From: Hormiphora californensis
Taxonomy: Eukaryota; Animalia; Ctenophora
NCBI GenBank assembly: GCA_020137815.1
Contig: CM035353.1
Location: 8,680,001-8,744,000, forward strand
Length of the DNA stretch: 64,000 nucleotides
Direction of reading: 5' to 3'
In this document: positions 1 through 15,374 of the stretch, piece after piece
Layout of the letters: each line of letters opens with the position of its first letter
How positions within the stretch are numbered: the first letter of the stretch is position 1
The notes under the pieces: model-generated
Told to the model about the DNA's origin: nothing
What the model saw: only the letters and a program-made list of their open reading frames with translations
The model's database searches: none
Made by a program: the position numbers and the translations under genes

Positions 1-900
1 CAAGGAGGAATAATAGGCTGACCCCAACAAAATTATTGAGAGCATTCATGGCACATATTGGGTACAGTTACAATATATGGATCATAAATAAATCCGGTTG
101 CGTTGGATTTGTTTTCAAAAGCTGATTCAGAAAAGCTTCGTTGAGATGGGGGTTTCCAGACCACAGTCATGTCGTGATTATGGTGTCAACACCATTATCA
201 CGACAGTCAGAACAACTCTAAATTTTCAAAATTCCAATCTTCAAACTTTCGTTTGTTCATAAAGCTGGCCAGTGGCTAATTCAAACATTCTTTTAGGTAC
301 CTTATTATTTATCAAACCCCACCCCAAACCGAAATTCTAATCTTATAGGAGGGCACACTATACTAGTCCCTGGAAAATGACTAAGGCGGTTCAAGGTGTC
401 CGCCGCACAATTTTTTCCCCGCCCGGGTGAAGGCCGAAGGCCTTCACCCGGATGCCTTTTGCAAAAAGGCATAGGGGTTTAGAAATCTAAACGGATATAG
501 TGACTATGTGTAGCAAGTCAACTCTCTTGTCCCGTTTCAGGTTGCGAGGGGCAAAATGTAGCAACTAGAGCCGCGCACACAACAACAACCTGCTCCTTCA
601 TAAACCACTTCATTGACACGTTTTCAGGATATGTGTGGCGCGCAATTCCACAATGTGGCGCGCAATTTAGAGCTACTAAAACACAAGGATTTGTTCTATA
701 CTGTTTGCGCAATCGATGTATAAATGATCCGAAATGTCTGTCCCGCCTTCGTGTTAGAAATGAAACGTTGGCGGGGAAACATAGCATTTATTCTTGTTCC
801 TGCTATTTTTGCAAATTTAGTCCGCCCAATGTGTCCCAACATCTAAAACCAACCCAACCGCACACCGTGTATAATAGTTGAATCGGTTGTATCTCCCGAT

Positions 901-1118
901 CTTCAGTACTGAGAGATACTTGGTAGTTTCTCGACCTACCTTCGGTACTGAGAGATACTTGGTGGTTACTCGACCTACCTTCGGTACTGAGAGGTACTTG
1001 GTAGTTTCTCGACCTACCTTCGGTACTGAGAGATACTTGGTGGTTACTCGACCTACCTTCGGTACTGAGAGATACTTGGTGGTTACTCGACCTACCTTCG
1101 GTACTGAGAGATACTTGG
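901..1118. repeat. 39-bp tandem minisatellite, about 5.5 copies
   Basis: Unit cttcggtactgagagatacttggtggttactcgacctac recurs at 901, 940, 979, 1018, 1057 and 1096. It explains the repetitive ORFs 803..1147 and 878..1123. Confidence 0.9.
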
Positions 1119-1219
1119 CATGATGTCTGTGAAAGGACCTCCTCCATCTAACATTACATCTCGTCTTACTACTGGTAACAGAAGTAGCTGACTAAATAAT
1201 ACTGTTTGTGAGTTATTAA

Positions 1220-1589
1220 AGTGAGAGTGGACCGACACAGAATTGGACAAGATTGTTGTGGGTAGTAGAAAATAGTTCTTAGAGCATTTTGCTTTTTTCC
1301 CGCTTAAAATTGACCCCTTCATCACGGAGATATTTTTGTTACAATGGGAGAATCACGTCACTAATTTATCTCTGTATTCTCTTTGTAGGCAGTACATCGG
1401 GCATGCCCGGGTGCACAGTGACTGTGCACTGCACACACATACAGAATTATAGCAGGGATAGATTGGTGACGTCATTCTCCCGTTCAACAAAAATATCTCC
1501 GCAGGGAAAAAGGCAAAATGCTCAGAGAACTATTTTGTACTACTTACATACAATAATCTTGTTCAATTCTGTGTCGGTCCACTCTCACG
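1220..1589. mobile_element. TTAA-flanked MITE (Kolobok/piggyBac-type target)
   Basis: Imperfect inverted repeats of about 90 bp (agtgagagtggaccgacacagaattg... / ...caattctgtgtcggtccactctcacg) with TTAA at 1216-1219 and 1590-1593. Confidence 0.65.
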
Positions 1590-1769
1590 TTAAACCGAAT
1601 TTTTGCCGATTTTTAATCTCCTGCATGTGGTCAGCAAAAAATGAAGACAAATTCATTAATTTGCGTAACTCACACACAGGATATTAAAAAAATAAACCTC
1701 CTAAAATGAGTCAGTACTCAGCACACTCACAGCACAGTGACTCAATACACTAACACGCATCATGAACAC

Positions 1770-2872
1770 CACTCTAGGATTGAGTTGCTGTTTAGTTGAG
1801 CAGGATAACCGCTGATTGGGGGTGTATCCGGAATGGTAGAGAGGAAACTACCTAGCTGAGATTTGAACTGATAAAGAAATAAGAATTGGGGCCTCCTTTA
1901 CAGTTCGAGGCAGAGTGTTCCACAACCTTGCCCCCAGTACCGCAAATGATTGTTCATATAATAACAACAGGTTAGATTGTTGAGCCTCGTACGAGTGTCG
2001 AGTATCGAGGGACGACAGCTCTAGGGCCAGAGCGGTGCCTGTCGACGAAACACATGTCAGTACTGTTGGGTATCTCATTGTTGTACACTTTCCACACAAG
2101 AATCATAGTGTACCTCTCACGACGGCGCTGAAGTGACAAAAGTCTCAGAGTTTGAAGACGTTACCAGTAGTTCAGCCCTTGAGACCAACGATCTTACGGG
2201 TGTACGATCGTTGAATATCCTCGGCACGACTGATATCCCCATTTTTTAAAGGTGACCACAGCGTGCAACAGTATTCAAGATGGGGACGCACCAGTGACTT
2301 GTAAAGAGTCATCATGGTTGAAAAATTGAACCTACAGAAGGATCTGATCAATGTGATAACCTGGGCGGACGCTAACAATATGTCCTTACACCAGTCAAAG
2401 TTCGAGCCTCGAGGTCATGAATTTTACCCTGAATCACGCCAGTTCCCTTAGAGAAGTACCGTTCAGTGCTGAGAACTATTCCTATCAACTCTCGAGTGAT
2501 GGTCAATGGTCGGCCCAAATATCTCGAGTTGTTACCACGGCTAGTATGATATCCCCTCTTCTTCTCTCCCCCCTGAGCAGAGAAGATTTTAGTTTCATCA
2601 GCGAACGACAAAGAAGAACCGTGTTTGATTACGGATTTCAAGTCAATTAAATAGATCAGAAATAAAAATGGACCGAGAACTGTCCCTCGTGGGACACCAC
2701 TTCTGACCTCTGCAAATGAAGACGCCACGCCGTCGACTAAGACTGTTTGTTTCCGGTCTAGTAGGAAGCTACGGATCCAGTCAAGGAGTTTACCCTTTAC
2801 TCCATATCTCTGCAGCTTTTCCAGTAGGATACCAATATCAACTTTATCGAAGGCTTTTTCGAAAGACGTCAA
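1770..2872 (-). mobile_element. Degenerate CR1-group LINE, RT and 3' ORF2 fragment
   Basis: Broken frames give FEKAFDKVD..GVPRGTVLGPFLFLIYLID..SFADET, LYKSLVRPHLEYCCTLWSP and LGARLWNTLP, all matching ORF2 of the intact LINE at 39061-42051. Frameshifts and rearrangement are present. Confidence 0.85.
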
Positions 2873-4763
2873 AAGTTTATCAAATTAGAACCAAGCTGTA
2901 TAAATTGTACAGCATAACTGGGGATATTCTCTAGACCTTTATTTTCAACTCCTTTTTCAGGTGTTAGTAAAGAAAATGATAAATGTTTGATGTAATTAAG
3001 TTAGGTCAGACTCTGTGTCACTGTCGATAGCTAGTTAGTAATTTTGAATTAGATATGTGAGAAGTACACGAATACATAGCAACATCGTATGCATCGCAGA
3101 AATGTACCATTTTGCCCCACTACACTGTGGGGCAAAGTGGTATACCTCTGGACCAATGAAATGGAGCCTGCAATACCACGTGACACTGGGGCAAAAAAGG
3201 GTTCGCCTAGAAAAATATCCTAAAACAGGTAAGTCTCGGTAGCTTCTGTGCTTGTAGTGGGAAAACGGTAATGAAAAGCGTTTTGCCTGAAAAACGGCAA
3301 GGAGACGTGCAAGCGTGGCCAATCAATCAATGCAATGTTTCATCCTAGCTGAAGGCGAGAAATTGTCAAGTTATTTGATATAATACCATTATATCGTTGA
3401 TTTTCGGTTCATGATTCATCCTCATGATTTCATAACCCATATTTGACAACTGTTCAATAACAGGGAAGGTCTGTTAGTTGAGAAGATGCATCATGCTGCC
3501 AGACCAATCCCAAGGAACCGAAATCAAACAAAACCCCATAGCACCAACCTTTACACCAAATGCATTGAATTTGTTCCTGGATGGATTTTCAGATCATCCC
3601 AAATGTCCGCTGTTTGTGGTCCGTACTGCAATCGGCTCGGGTCTATCAGATGGGCGAGATGTGATAGTTCTGAGTAGTGGAAATACAGTTTGGCATTCCC
3701 GTTTTTCCTGAGACCTGAAAGATGCCTTTGGTCCATTTTCACCTCGGTCGCGTTGAGACTTGAGGAAAGTGGTTTAATTACTCATACCCTCCCATAGTTA
3801 TCGGAAGGCCCCTCAGACGCGCCAAGGGCCCTATGTCCGTGAGAAACATACGTAGGGGGAAGTGTCTGCGGCACCGTCCAACAAATTTGGTTGGCGCAAG
3901 AGGCTGAAGTGACTTGTTTAATTGGCAAACGCTGCATTGCTGGCCCCCGATAGCGCAGGATAAGGCAGCGCTTTTCAACTTTTTTAAAAGGTGACTTGCA
4001 AAATAAAATTGTTCGAATAAAATTTTATAAACTCATTCAAACAATTTGCGCGTCACTTGATACGCGCAAATAAAAAACGCGCAACTATAAAATGTATCTT
4101 GTATTTCATATCAGATAATATTATTGACCAGTCATCTACAAAAGGCATTTATTTCAGTTCCTCCTGTTGTTTTTCTTTTTGGGGGAAATGAACATCCACA
4201 AATTAGAGAGCCACTTGCAAGCTGTTTTAGTTTACTCTGGCGCCGCGACCCCATCTGACGCTCAGATTTGAGAATCAAAATTTGATTCTCAAATCTGAGC
4301 CGCCGGACTCCGTTTTGATCTGGTTAGCGCCCCCAAACAGCTCGCAAGATAGGAATCTTCGTAGCCTGAGCCAGATTACCACCCCTTCCACTCTCTCAGG
4401 CCGGCAGGTCGGTAGAACTTCGACAGAATTTAGGGTAGGTCTGAATTTAGGGTAGGTCTGAATTTAGGGTAGGTCTGAATTTAGGGTAGGTCTGAATTTA
4501 GGGTAGGTCTGAATTTAAGGTAGGTCTGAATTTAGGGTAGGTCCGTAACGTATCGTTTATCAAATCATTGCAATTCGAGATTAGGTTCTGATTAGGTCGC
4601 TGAACCGCGTCCCGTATCTCGTATCAACTCATTGCAATTCGATATTAGTCACCAATTAGGTCGCTGAACCACGTCCCGTATCTCGTATCAACTCATTGCA
4701 ATTCCATCTTAGTCACCGACACTAAGTACTACTTAAAGTAGGTGAGCTGAGTTAGGTCGGTAG

Positions 4764-5443
4764 TTGGTGACATAGACACCGTGCGCGACCAAGATTGAGC
4801 TCACACATGACAGGTGTCTGCTCCGCCTCAAATAGGGTCGTTTCTTTCAAGGGATGTTGCACGCGATCCACTGGACCGATTTGCATCCGGTTTGTCGCAA
4901 AAGACTACAAATGATCCTAATATACTGGAAAATACCCGAGAATTTTGTCTGTCAACAGGAAGTGGGTCAAAATTGACACTGAAGTCAAACCTATAATCTG
5001 ACTTCCGAGAGTTTCTGCACTACGCCCATGCGATTTAGAAGATATTGGGAGATATGTTGATGCAATTAGCATCAGCTATTAATGCCGGGTATTTTCCAGT
5101 ACTCACAAGAGTTCAACCTATCTTCTGATACCCTCAGATTCATTCTACACCGTCTGGGAGTGGTGCAAAAAGGCTCGGAAGCCAGATTATAGATTTGACT
5201 TCAGTGTCAATTTTGACACACTTCCTGTTGACAGACAAACTTCTCGGGTATTTTCCAGTAAACTAGGACCAATTTGTAGTTTTTTGCGACAAACCAGATG
5301 CAAATCGGTCCAGTGGATCACGTGCAATTTGGCTTGAAAGACACGACTCTTTTTTAGGGGGCGGAGCAGACACCTATGTGCGAGCTCGATCTCGGTCGCT
5401 GTGCGACCTCGATCTCGCACGCACTAGGTGTCAATGTCACCAA
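4764..5443. mobile_element. Nested MITE with long imperfect TIRs and 9-bp TSD (MuDR-like)
   Basis: ttggtgacat... / ...atgtcaccaa termini. ggtcggtag is duplicated at 4755-4763 and 5444-5452. The near-identical ORF ends at 4814..4996(+) and 5187..5420(-) reflect the TIRs. Confidence 0.8.
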
Positions 5444-5774
5444 GGTCGGTAGACTGTGTTCCGTATCGCATCAAATGAAATTAGGACTGTTTGACTGTTC
5501 ACTGATTAGTTTATGCACGTAGACTTTAAGAGTTCCATCCTGAGTTGAAACCTGTTTAAGAAAAAAAAAACAATTCGTTTGCCATCTAATTTGTGTCTAA
5601 CCTCGAATTGTAATGATTTGATACAAGATACGGGACTTGGTTCAGTGACCTAATCTGTGTCTAAACTCGAATTTCAATGAGTTGATACGAGATACGGGAC
5701 GCTGTTCAGCGACCCAATCGGTGACTAAGATCGAATTGAAATGAGTTGATACGAGATACGGGACAGGACGTGTT

Positions 5775-7522
5775 GGGGGGGTTCCAACCTATTTTTTTGT
5801 ATTTTTTTGTACTTTTTTGTACGGACCATACATAAAAGTATCCGTAATTCCTGTTTTTTTCCGTACAAACAAAATACAAAAAAATACAAAAAAATGATGA
5901 AGGATGTGGGTGCCTGATAAAAGTATAAATAATACATAGCTGGGTTCCGTTTATGTTCATGTACCACCTATATGAACGTTTTTAGTTCCATTGTCATCCA
6001 TTTTCCAGCTAAAAGTACTAAAAAAGTATGTAAAAGTACACGTTTTTGAAATTCGAAAAAGCAAAATCATTGATTCAGATTACGATTACCAGAAAATTTT
6101 CTCAGTTGGAGATCACTTTCTCGGTACTAATTTCGATTCGGGATAATTTTCTCGGTAAGAAATTGCGATTCGGGGAAATTTCTCGCTTAGAAAATACGAT
6201 TCGAGAAAATTTTCTCGGTAAGAAATTGCGATTCGAGGAAATTTCTCGCTTAGAAAATACGATTTGAGAAAATATTCTCGGTAAGAAATTGCGATTCGGC
6301 TAAATTTCTCGCTTAGAAAATACGATTCGAGAAAATTTTCTCGGTAAGAAATTGCGATTCGGGGAAATTTCTCGCTTAGAAAATACGATTAGAGACAATT
6401 TTCTCGGCAAGAAATTGCGATTCGTGGAAATTTCTCGCTTAAAAAATACAGTTCGAGAAAACTTTCTCGGTAAGAAATTGCGATTCGGGAAAATTTCTCT
6501 CGCTTAAAAAATACGATTCGAGAAAATTTTCTCGGTAAGAAATTGTGATTCGGGGAAATTTCTCGCTTAGAAAATACGATCCGAAAAAATTTTCTCGGTA
6601 AGAAATTGCGATTCGGGTAAATTTCTCGCTTAGAAAATACGATCCGAAAAATTTTTCTCGGTAAGAAAATGCGATTCGGGTAAATTTCTCGCTTAGAAAA
6701 TACGATTCGAAAAAATTTTCTCGGTAAGAAATTGCGATTCGGGAAAATTTCTCTCGCTTAGAAAATACGATTCGAGAAAATTTTCTCGGCAAGAAATTGC
6801 GATTCGGGGAAATTTCTCGCTTAGAAAATACGATTCGAAAAAATTTTCTCGGTAAGAAATTGCGATTCGAGTAAATTTCTCGCTTAGAAAATACGATTCG
6901 AGAACATTTTCTCGGTAAGAAAATGCGATTCGGGTAAATTTCTCACTTAGAAAATACGATTCAAGAAAATTTTCTCGGTAAGAAATTGCGATTCGGGAAA
7001 GTTTCTCTCGCTTAGAAATCGCGATTCGATAATACTTTCTTGGATAGAAATTTCGATTTGGAAAGATTTTCTCTCTTAGAAATTCCGATTTTTCGTACAA
7101 ACAGTACAAAAAAAGTACAACAAATTATGGAGGTGGGTGCCTAGTAAAAGTTCATAGACGAGTTCCTTTTGTGCTAATGTACCACCTAGGAACGTTTGTC
7201 GTGCATTTATTATCTTTCATTCGAAATTCGAAAAAGTAAACATCATTGATTCAGATTTCGAAAATTTAAACATGTTTTTATCTTCCAATTATAAGAAAAA
7301 GTTGCTAATTTTGTATGAAACCACAGTTTAATAGGAATTTATGACACAATTATGATCATAAACTAAAGTTTCAACGATCAGAAAAGCTTTGTTTAATCAT
7401 TTATACCCCGTTTTATTTTTTTGTATTTTTTTGTATTTTTTGTACTTTTTTGTATTTTTTTGTTTGAGGAAAAACTTGTTTTTTTCCGTACAAACATACA
7501 AAAAATAGGTTGGAACCCCCCC
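5775..7522. mobile_element. Nested foldback element with G7 termini, 8-bp TSD and an internal 63-bp tandem array
   Basis: gggggggttccaacctattttt / aaaaataggttggaaccccccc termini. TSD gacgtgtt at 5767-5774 and 7523-7530. A 63-bp unit made of two related halves is repeated about 15 times at about 6135-7085. Confidence 0.85.
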
Positions 7523-8270
7523 GACGTGTTTCAGGGACCTAATTTGTGTCTAACCTCGAATTTCAATGAGTTGATACGAGATACGGGACGCTGTTCAGCG
7601 ACCCAATCGGTGACTAAGATCGAATTGAAATGAGTTGATACGAGATACGGGACAGGACGTGTTTCAGGGACCTAATTTGTGTCTAACCTCGAATTTCAAT
7701 GAGTTGACACGAGATACGAGACGTGGTTCAGCGACCTAATCGGTGACTAAGATCGAATTGAAATGAGTTGATACGAGATACGGGACGCGGTTCAGCGACC
7801 TAATCAGAACCTTATGTCGAATTGCAATGATTTGATAAACGATACATTACGGACCTACCTTAAATTCAGACCTACCCTAAATTCAGACCTACCCTAAATT
7901 CAGACCTACCCTAAATTCAGACCTACCCTAAATTGACCTACCCTAAATTCTGTCGAAGTTCTACCGACCTGCCCTCAGGCCAATGCTCTGACAGCTAGCC
8001 CTACTAGTTCATGTAATGGTACAACCTTCATGGATAGGAATAAACAAAATCACACAATATTTTGATAATATTTGACAATTTTCAAAAGAAGGTTCACACT
8101 AGACAATCTTAAAACGATAAAAAGTGGAAGTGACACACAATATTCTTATTGAAAAAAGGGGCAATAATTTAACAATGTGATAAATAATTTTCTTGATCAG
8201 CCCCCAACACACTAAAATACAATGAGGCTACACAGGACAGCTTGGCAAGTCCTTATCGTGTGAATCCTTA

Positions 8271-10881
<2,611 letters not shown>

Positions 10882-11017
10882 TTTAAGGGAGGATGCTATA
10901 GGGAAGTTGAGGTTGTTAGATGTGTGTTAGTGGAACACACATGAATACAAAGGAGGCGCACGAGGAGTACAAGATGGATAATAGCAAGCCGTCAAAGGAA
11001 AGGAATAGAAGGAGACT

Positions 11018-11120
<103 letters not shown>

Positions 11121-11498
11121 TAGGAAGCAGCAGTAATTACATGGACATTCTGCATAATATTTAGTTAGAATATGGGATAAAGCGTGGTGCAATAAGAAAG
11201 CGCTCTTTATCATACTGAAATAGTGAAATGAATATTAAAGGATTCCCTAAAATGTAAATTAGCAATGAATTAACGCACAGTAACACATAGCAGAGCAGTC
11301 CCACACACTACAGAGCAGTCCCACACACAACACAGCTGCTGCAGTAGGCATACATGGTCATTAAATTACATACAGCTGTATAAACAGAGATAACTCAATA
11401 TCCCAGGAGCCCAGGAGGGCTATTGAGTTATCTCTCAGGATGGGGGTCACTTGATTGAATCCCCGGATCACAAAACCCACAGTGTCCAATAACACACC

Positions 11499-12505
11499 TC
11501 ACCTCCGTACCCTCCTATTTCCCTGTGGCAGATTAATCCCGGCTGCACCCCCAGCATTGTTGAACATCATAAACCCAAATAGTACAGCCACCAGGATGGC
11601 TCCATTGATACCAAATATAAGGCCAGCAATGAGGCACATTATCAGCATTACTGGTTCTATCGTGTAGTTATCTGATAACCTGTGCAGTTGTCGTTATACG
11701 AACATTGTACAGCTAACAATCATCCCCCGCGTTAAGGAAAAGACCGGAATTAGATTGGCCATGTCAAATACGATTGAAGCCATTTTCTCACCCTGGCAAT
11801 TTACCTGATTCTAGGTATACCAGCAACCTGGAGTCTTCTGTTAAACTCAAATAAAGGTTCAGGTAGACCCAGTTCATTCTGTGGACGGTCCTGGAAATGG
11901 GGAACATTGTTATACACGGCTGGAAATGCAAATGGGGAACATTATTATACACGGCTGGAAATGGGGAACATTGTTATACACAGCTGGAAATGGGGAACAT
12001 TGTTATACACGGCTGGAAATGGGGAACATTGTTATACACAGCTGGAAATGGGGAACATTATTATACACGGCTGGAAATGGGGAACATTGTTATACACGGC
12101 TGGAAATGGGGAACATTGTTATACACGGCTGGAAATGGTGAACATTATTATACACGGCTGAAAATGGGGAACATTGTTATACACGGCTGGAAATGGGGAA
12201 CATTGTTATACACGGCTGGAAATGGGGAACATTGTTATACACGGCTGGAAATGGGAAACATTGTTATACACAGCTGGAAATGGGGAACATTGTTATACAC
12301 GGCTTGAAATGGGGAACGTTATTATAGGCTGTGGGGTAAGGGCGAACTATGAAGACATTATTATTATTACCTCTTCTCTGACGGTATCTCCCATGGCAGT
12401 TTGCCTCCTTATTGGAGGGTCAGCATGTTGAGGGGCGGCACCTCTATTTCTGGTGAGTCTCGGATCATTGTCCGATACTACCTCCCCGTTCAGAATATAT
12501 ACCAT
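11499..12505 (-). CDS. FAM241: FAM241 (DUF4605)-like small membrane protein, 3 coding exons, about 133 aa
   Basis: Exons 12371-12505, 11805-11890 and 11499-11679 join in frame: MVYILNGEVVSDNDPRL...FEFNRRLQVAGIPRIRLSDNYTIEPVMLIMCLIAGLIFGINGAILVAVLFGFMMF...VRR*. This resembles recalled FAM241B (MVRILANGEIVQDDDPRV...LNRQLVNMGFP..VEPV + hydrophobic segment). The ORF track misses it. Confidence 0.8.
11891..12325. repeat. 29-bp minisatellite (about 15 copies) filling the first intron within the FAM241-like CDS
   Basis: Unit cggctggaaatggggaacattgttataca. On the minus strand each unit ends in ttccccatttccAG, and the last copy is the real acceptor at 11891-11892. Confidence 0.92.
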
Positions 12506-12972
12506 CAGTTGTTCATATCTAACAAGGAGTTGTATTTGGTAGCCAATAATACAGAATTTGACACTAGTATTAGGTACATCACATGGAAAGGGGAGGGGGG
12601 ACAGTGTCACTCTACCTCACTGTGACAGTGAGGTAGAGGATAGGGGTGGTCGCTATGATCCTGCTGTAGCAACGTCGGGTGAATTGGATGAAGAGGGGCA
12701 CAGTAGAGTGACGAGAAACAAACTGGGATAAACAAATAAAGTAAGTTGACTTAGATATATCCAGATATCGCGGAACTGATCTCCGTTTTGGCGTTTCAGC
12801 CACTTTCCTTTCAGTTTAGGCGACGGTTGTTTGCAAAAAAACGGTTTCAGCTTACAAGCAATCAGAGCCCCAACCCAAACCCCAGCCCTAACCCTAACCC
12901 AAAAAAAACCGTATTAATTTTAATATTAAAATCTGTTTACAATAAATTGACACTGTAAATATTGCCCTCCTA

Positions 12973-14165
12973 TTTCAAGTTTCAAGTATTTGCAAGGAAA
13001 ATGGAACTCTCTAGGTCTCTTTCACACTCTCTCAGCTGAGCTTGAGAGTTAGTTAAAAGTTTACTCCGTGGAGTACGATTCGTACACAATATGTTGGTCA
13101 GTTATACATTTACAATTGATTAAAATTTAAACCCATCACACAAGCAGTTCATCTCCAAATAAAGATTGTTCTAACTTCTATCACAGCTCTAACTAGCTTT
13201 CTAAAGTTCGATTTTACCTGCTTGTCTTTGGAGAAATTTAGTGGAAGATGGAAGTTCATTTCAGAGGAAGATATTTTTTGGAAAAGAGGTTTAAAATTAT
13301 ACTGATAACAATCAAATTATATATAAGCACACTGTGGTAATAAATTAAACATAAAATAAATTAATATCTATACTACTTGAAAAGTATGGCGTAATTGTCT
13401 TCCCTCGGTAACCCCGGAGGCTGACGATGAGAGTTTTGAGGAGACAGAAAGATAATCTCTGCCGGATGTAGCGTACCGCATCAGGGATGGATTGTTTGGT
13501 TTTCCTGGAAAGGAGAACTGCCAGTCTGCGGTAAAACCTTTCTGCTTCACGTCCCATAGTTCCGGTGGCGGAGAAGACGATGGGTGTGAAGGAGGCTTTC
13601 TCTACTTCCAGGATTCGTTCATTGTACAACCTCTTTTTCTCTTTCTCGTGAGAGGCCAAAGCAGATTTCAATGACTTTTTGATGTTAGAGTCTGCACGTG
13701 AGTTAAAAACTCTGATGTCAAGGAAAGTTTTGTCCATGTCGACCCATACCTTCCTAGCAGACACGTCAAGCCTGGCTTGATCTTCGGTGTTGCCACTCTT
13801 GTATTTGAATTTCTCTCCAGTGACGGGAAGGAGATGTGGTTCAATAGTAACATCTGTGCATCCAGCCTCGGAGAGAAGATTCGCAGTCAGATCCCGTATC
13901 TGATTGTGGACATAGCCACCAAGAGGACACGACAGACAGTGTTCCATACTGTTAGGCTTTCCACACATGCAGGTATGGGATATACCTTCAATGGGGAAAT
14001 CATACCGTAAGTACATTGCGTCGTGGAATTCCCCTTTGTTGAGAAGGAAGCCATGTTCAGCGAGAGGGAGGGTTGTTACCCAGGTGGAGGCTCCGCGTTG
14101 GCACAGCTCCTCATGGAGGCGTTGTTGTCGGGGGTCTAGCTCCGCTGATGCAGTTTCAAGGAAGA
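12973..14165 (-). mobile_element. 5'-truncated CRE-like non-LTR retrotransposon (zinc knuckle + restriction-like endonuclease)
   Basis: ORF 13345..14016 plus upstream GASTWVTTLPLAEHGFLLNKGEFHDA. Zinc motif CMCGKPNSMEHCLSC and REL motifs RLDVSARKVW..FLDIRV..EKEKKRLY..FTPIVFSATG. The 3' end is a short (acttgaa) repeat. Confidence 0.8.
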
Positions 14166-15374
14166 TATCACCCTTAGTTCCTCACGGAGCCCTACCACAT
14201 CTTTTATCGCAGAACATTCAAACAATTTGTGGAATGTTGAATCTGGGAGTTGGCCACATTCAAGACAATTAGGAACTGTAAGTCATAAGTGATCACTCGT
14301 ATTTCAGGTAACTGAAGCTGAAGTCTTGAAAACGTAAGGATCTGCCGTCTACAAAGTCTAAGACCTGAGATGAGTTCTGTCGGGACATGTCTCTTGGAAC
14401 TATGGGGACATGCAAAATGGCCTCTGAGTTGATAAGGCAGCGAGCTCTTCTTGAGAGCGAATAGGAAGTATGCTGAAAGGGTCATCTAGAGTCAAATGGT
14501 TAATTTAACAGATGACCGGTCCCATAAATTACATGTGTAATGTCTCTCATCAGGGAGTTGAGCTATGACCGTGGGAAATTTCACAAAACCCAACACTGCC
14601 GGTTGCCTTGGCAAACGCTGCTGGCCCCCAGAGTCATCAAATTCATGTCAAATGCTACCAATTCCCAACATTTGGTGATTGTAGGACCTCCGGAACATGG
14701 TTTGGCAAACGCTGCTGGTATAAGGCAGCGCTTTGGCCTACGCTGCAGTCCCCAATAAATAAATTAATTAATTCATGGTCTTGATAATTCTTCTTATCCT
14801 CTTCTTTATTTACTTCACGTAACAAGCTCAGTGCAGGCTAGATTGGCAATGGCGATCTTCCTCCGATTTCCTCTCAAGGCTATGAGGCATGTCCTCAGTA
14901 GTGAGAACCGTAACCTCGTTCTGAGGTGAGCCATGACTTCAGCGTATGGTTCTCCTGTTATTGTTGAGTCCCCAATATACTCCATTTTTTTTCAACTGTT
15001 CACCCCCCAAAGTCGTGCACGGAATTGTTTTGCGCGTCTATCACATGTTAACGTGTAGCGCACGCAGCGTAAATTAAAATATTGCACGCACACGAGTTGG
15101 AGGGTGAACAGTTGAATAAAAATGGACTTTAGTGAACCATAATAAAGTTCAAGAGCCTATCTTAAGGCCGGAAACCTTTGACTTTGTTGTGGATAAATTA
15201 CAAAATTGTATCAGTGACAAAGGGAAGTAATTTTGATATCTCCTTCTGGTGATCAACACACACACACACGCCCTCTGTACAACAGTTTAATGGGGAATCT
15301 CACACATACACGGGCAGAACTCGGTTTTTCGATTTTCTTCCCTATTTAATTCTTGCTCTGAACTCATTATTCAG

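Larger units (their letters stand above)
4403..7973. mobile_element. Foldback-type non-autonomous DNA transposon with 8-bp TSD, hosting two nested elements
   Basis: Termini ggcaggtcggtagaacttcgacag / ctgtcgaagttctaccgacctgcc. TSD ctcaggcc at 4395-4402 and 7974-7981. Subterminal 17-bp arrays (gaatttagggtaggtct) are inverted at the two ends. Confidence 0.85.

Noticed and set aside
901-1118. 39-bp repeat as a CRISPR array or repeat protein
   Set aside because: Units are head-to-tail with no unique spacers, the context is eukaryotic, and there are no cas genes.
4426-4543. TTTAGGG repeats as telomere or interstitial telomeric sequence
   Set aside because: The motif is embedded in a 17-bp unit mirrored at 7852-7950 as part of transposon TIRs. 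The degenerate CCCTAA patches near 12880, 17240, 18900 and 34050 are too short and irregular.
6046-7109. ORFs with repeated RENF/SEKF motifs
   Set aside because: They are translations of the 63-bp tandem array inside a non-autonomous transposon.
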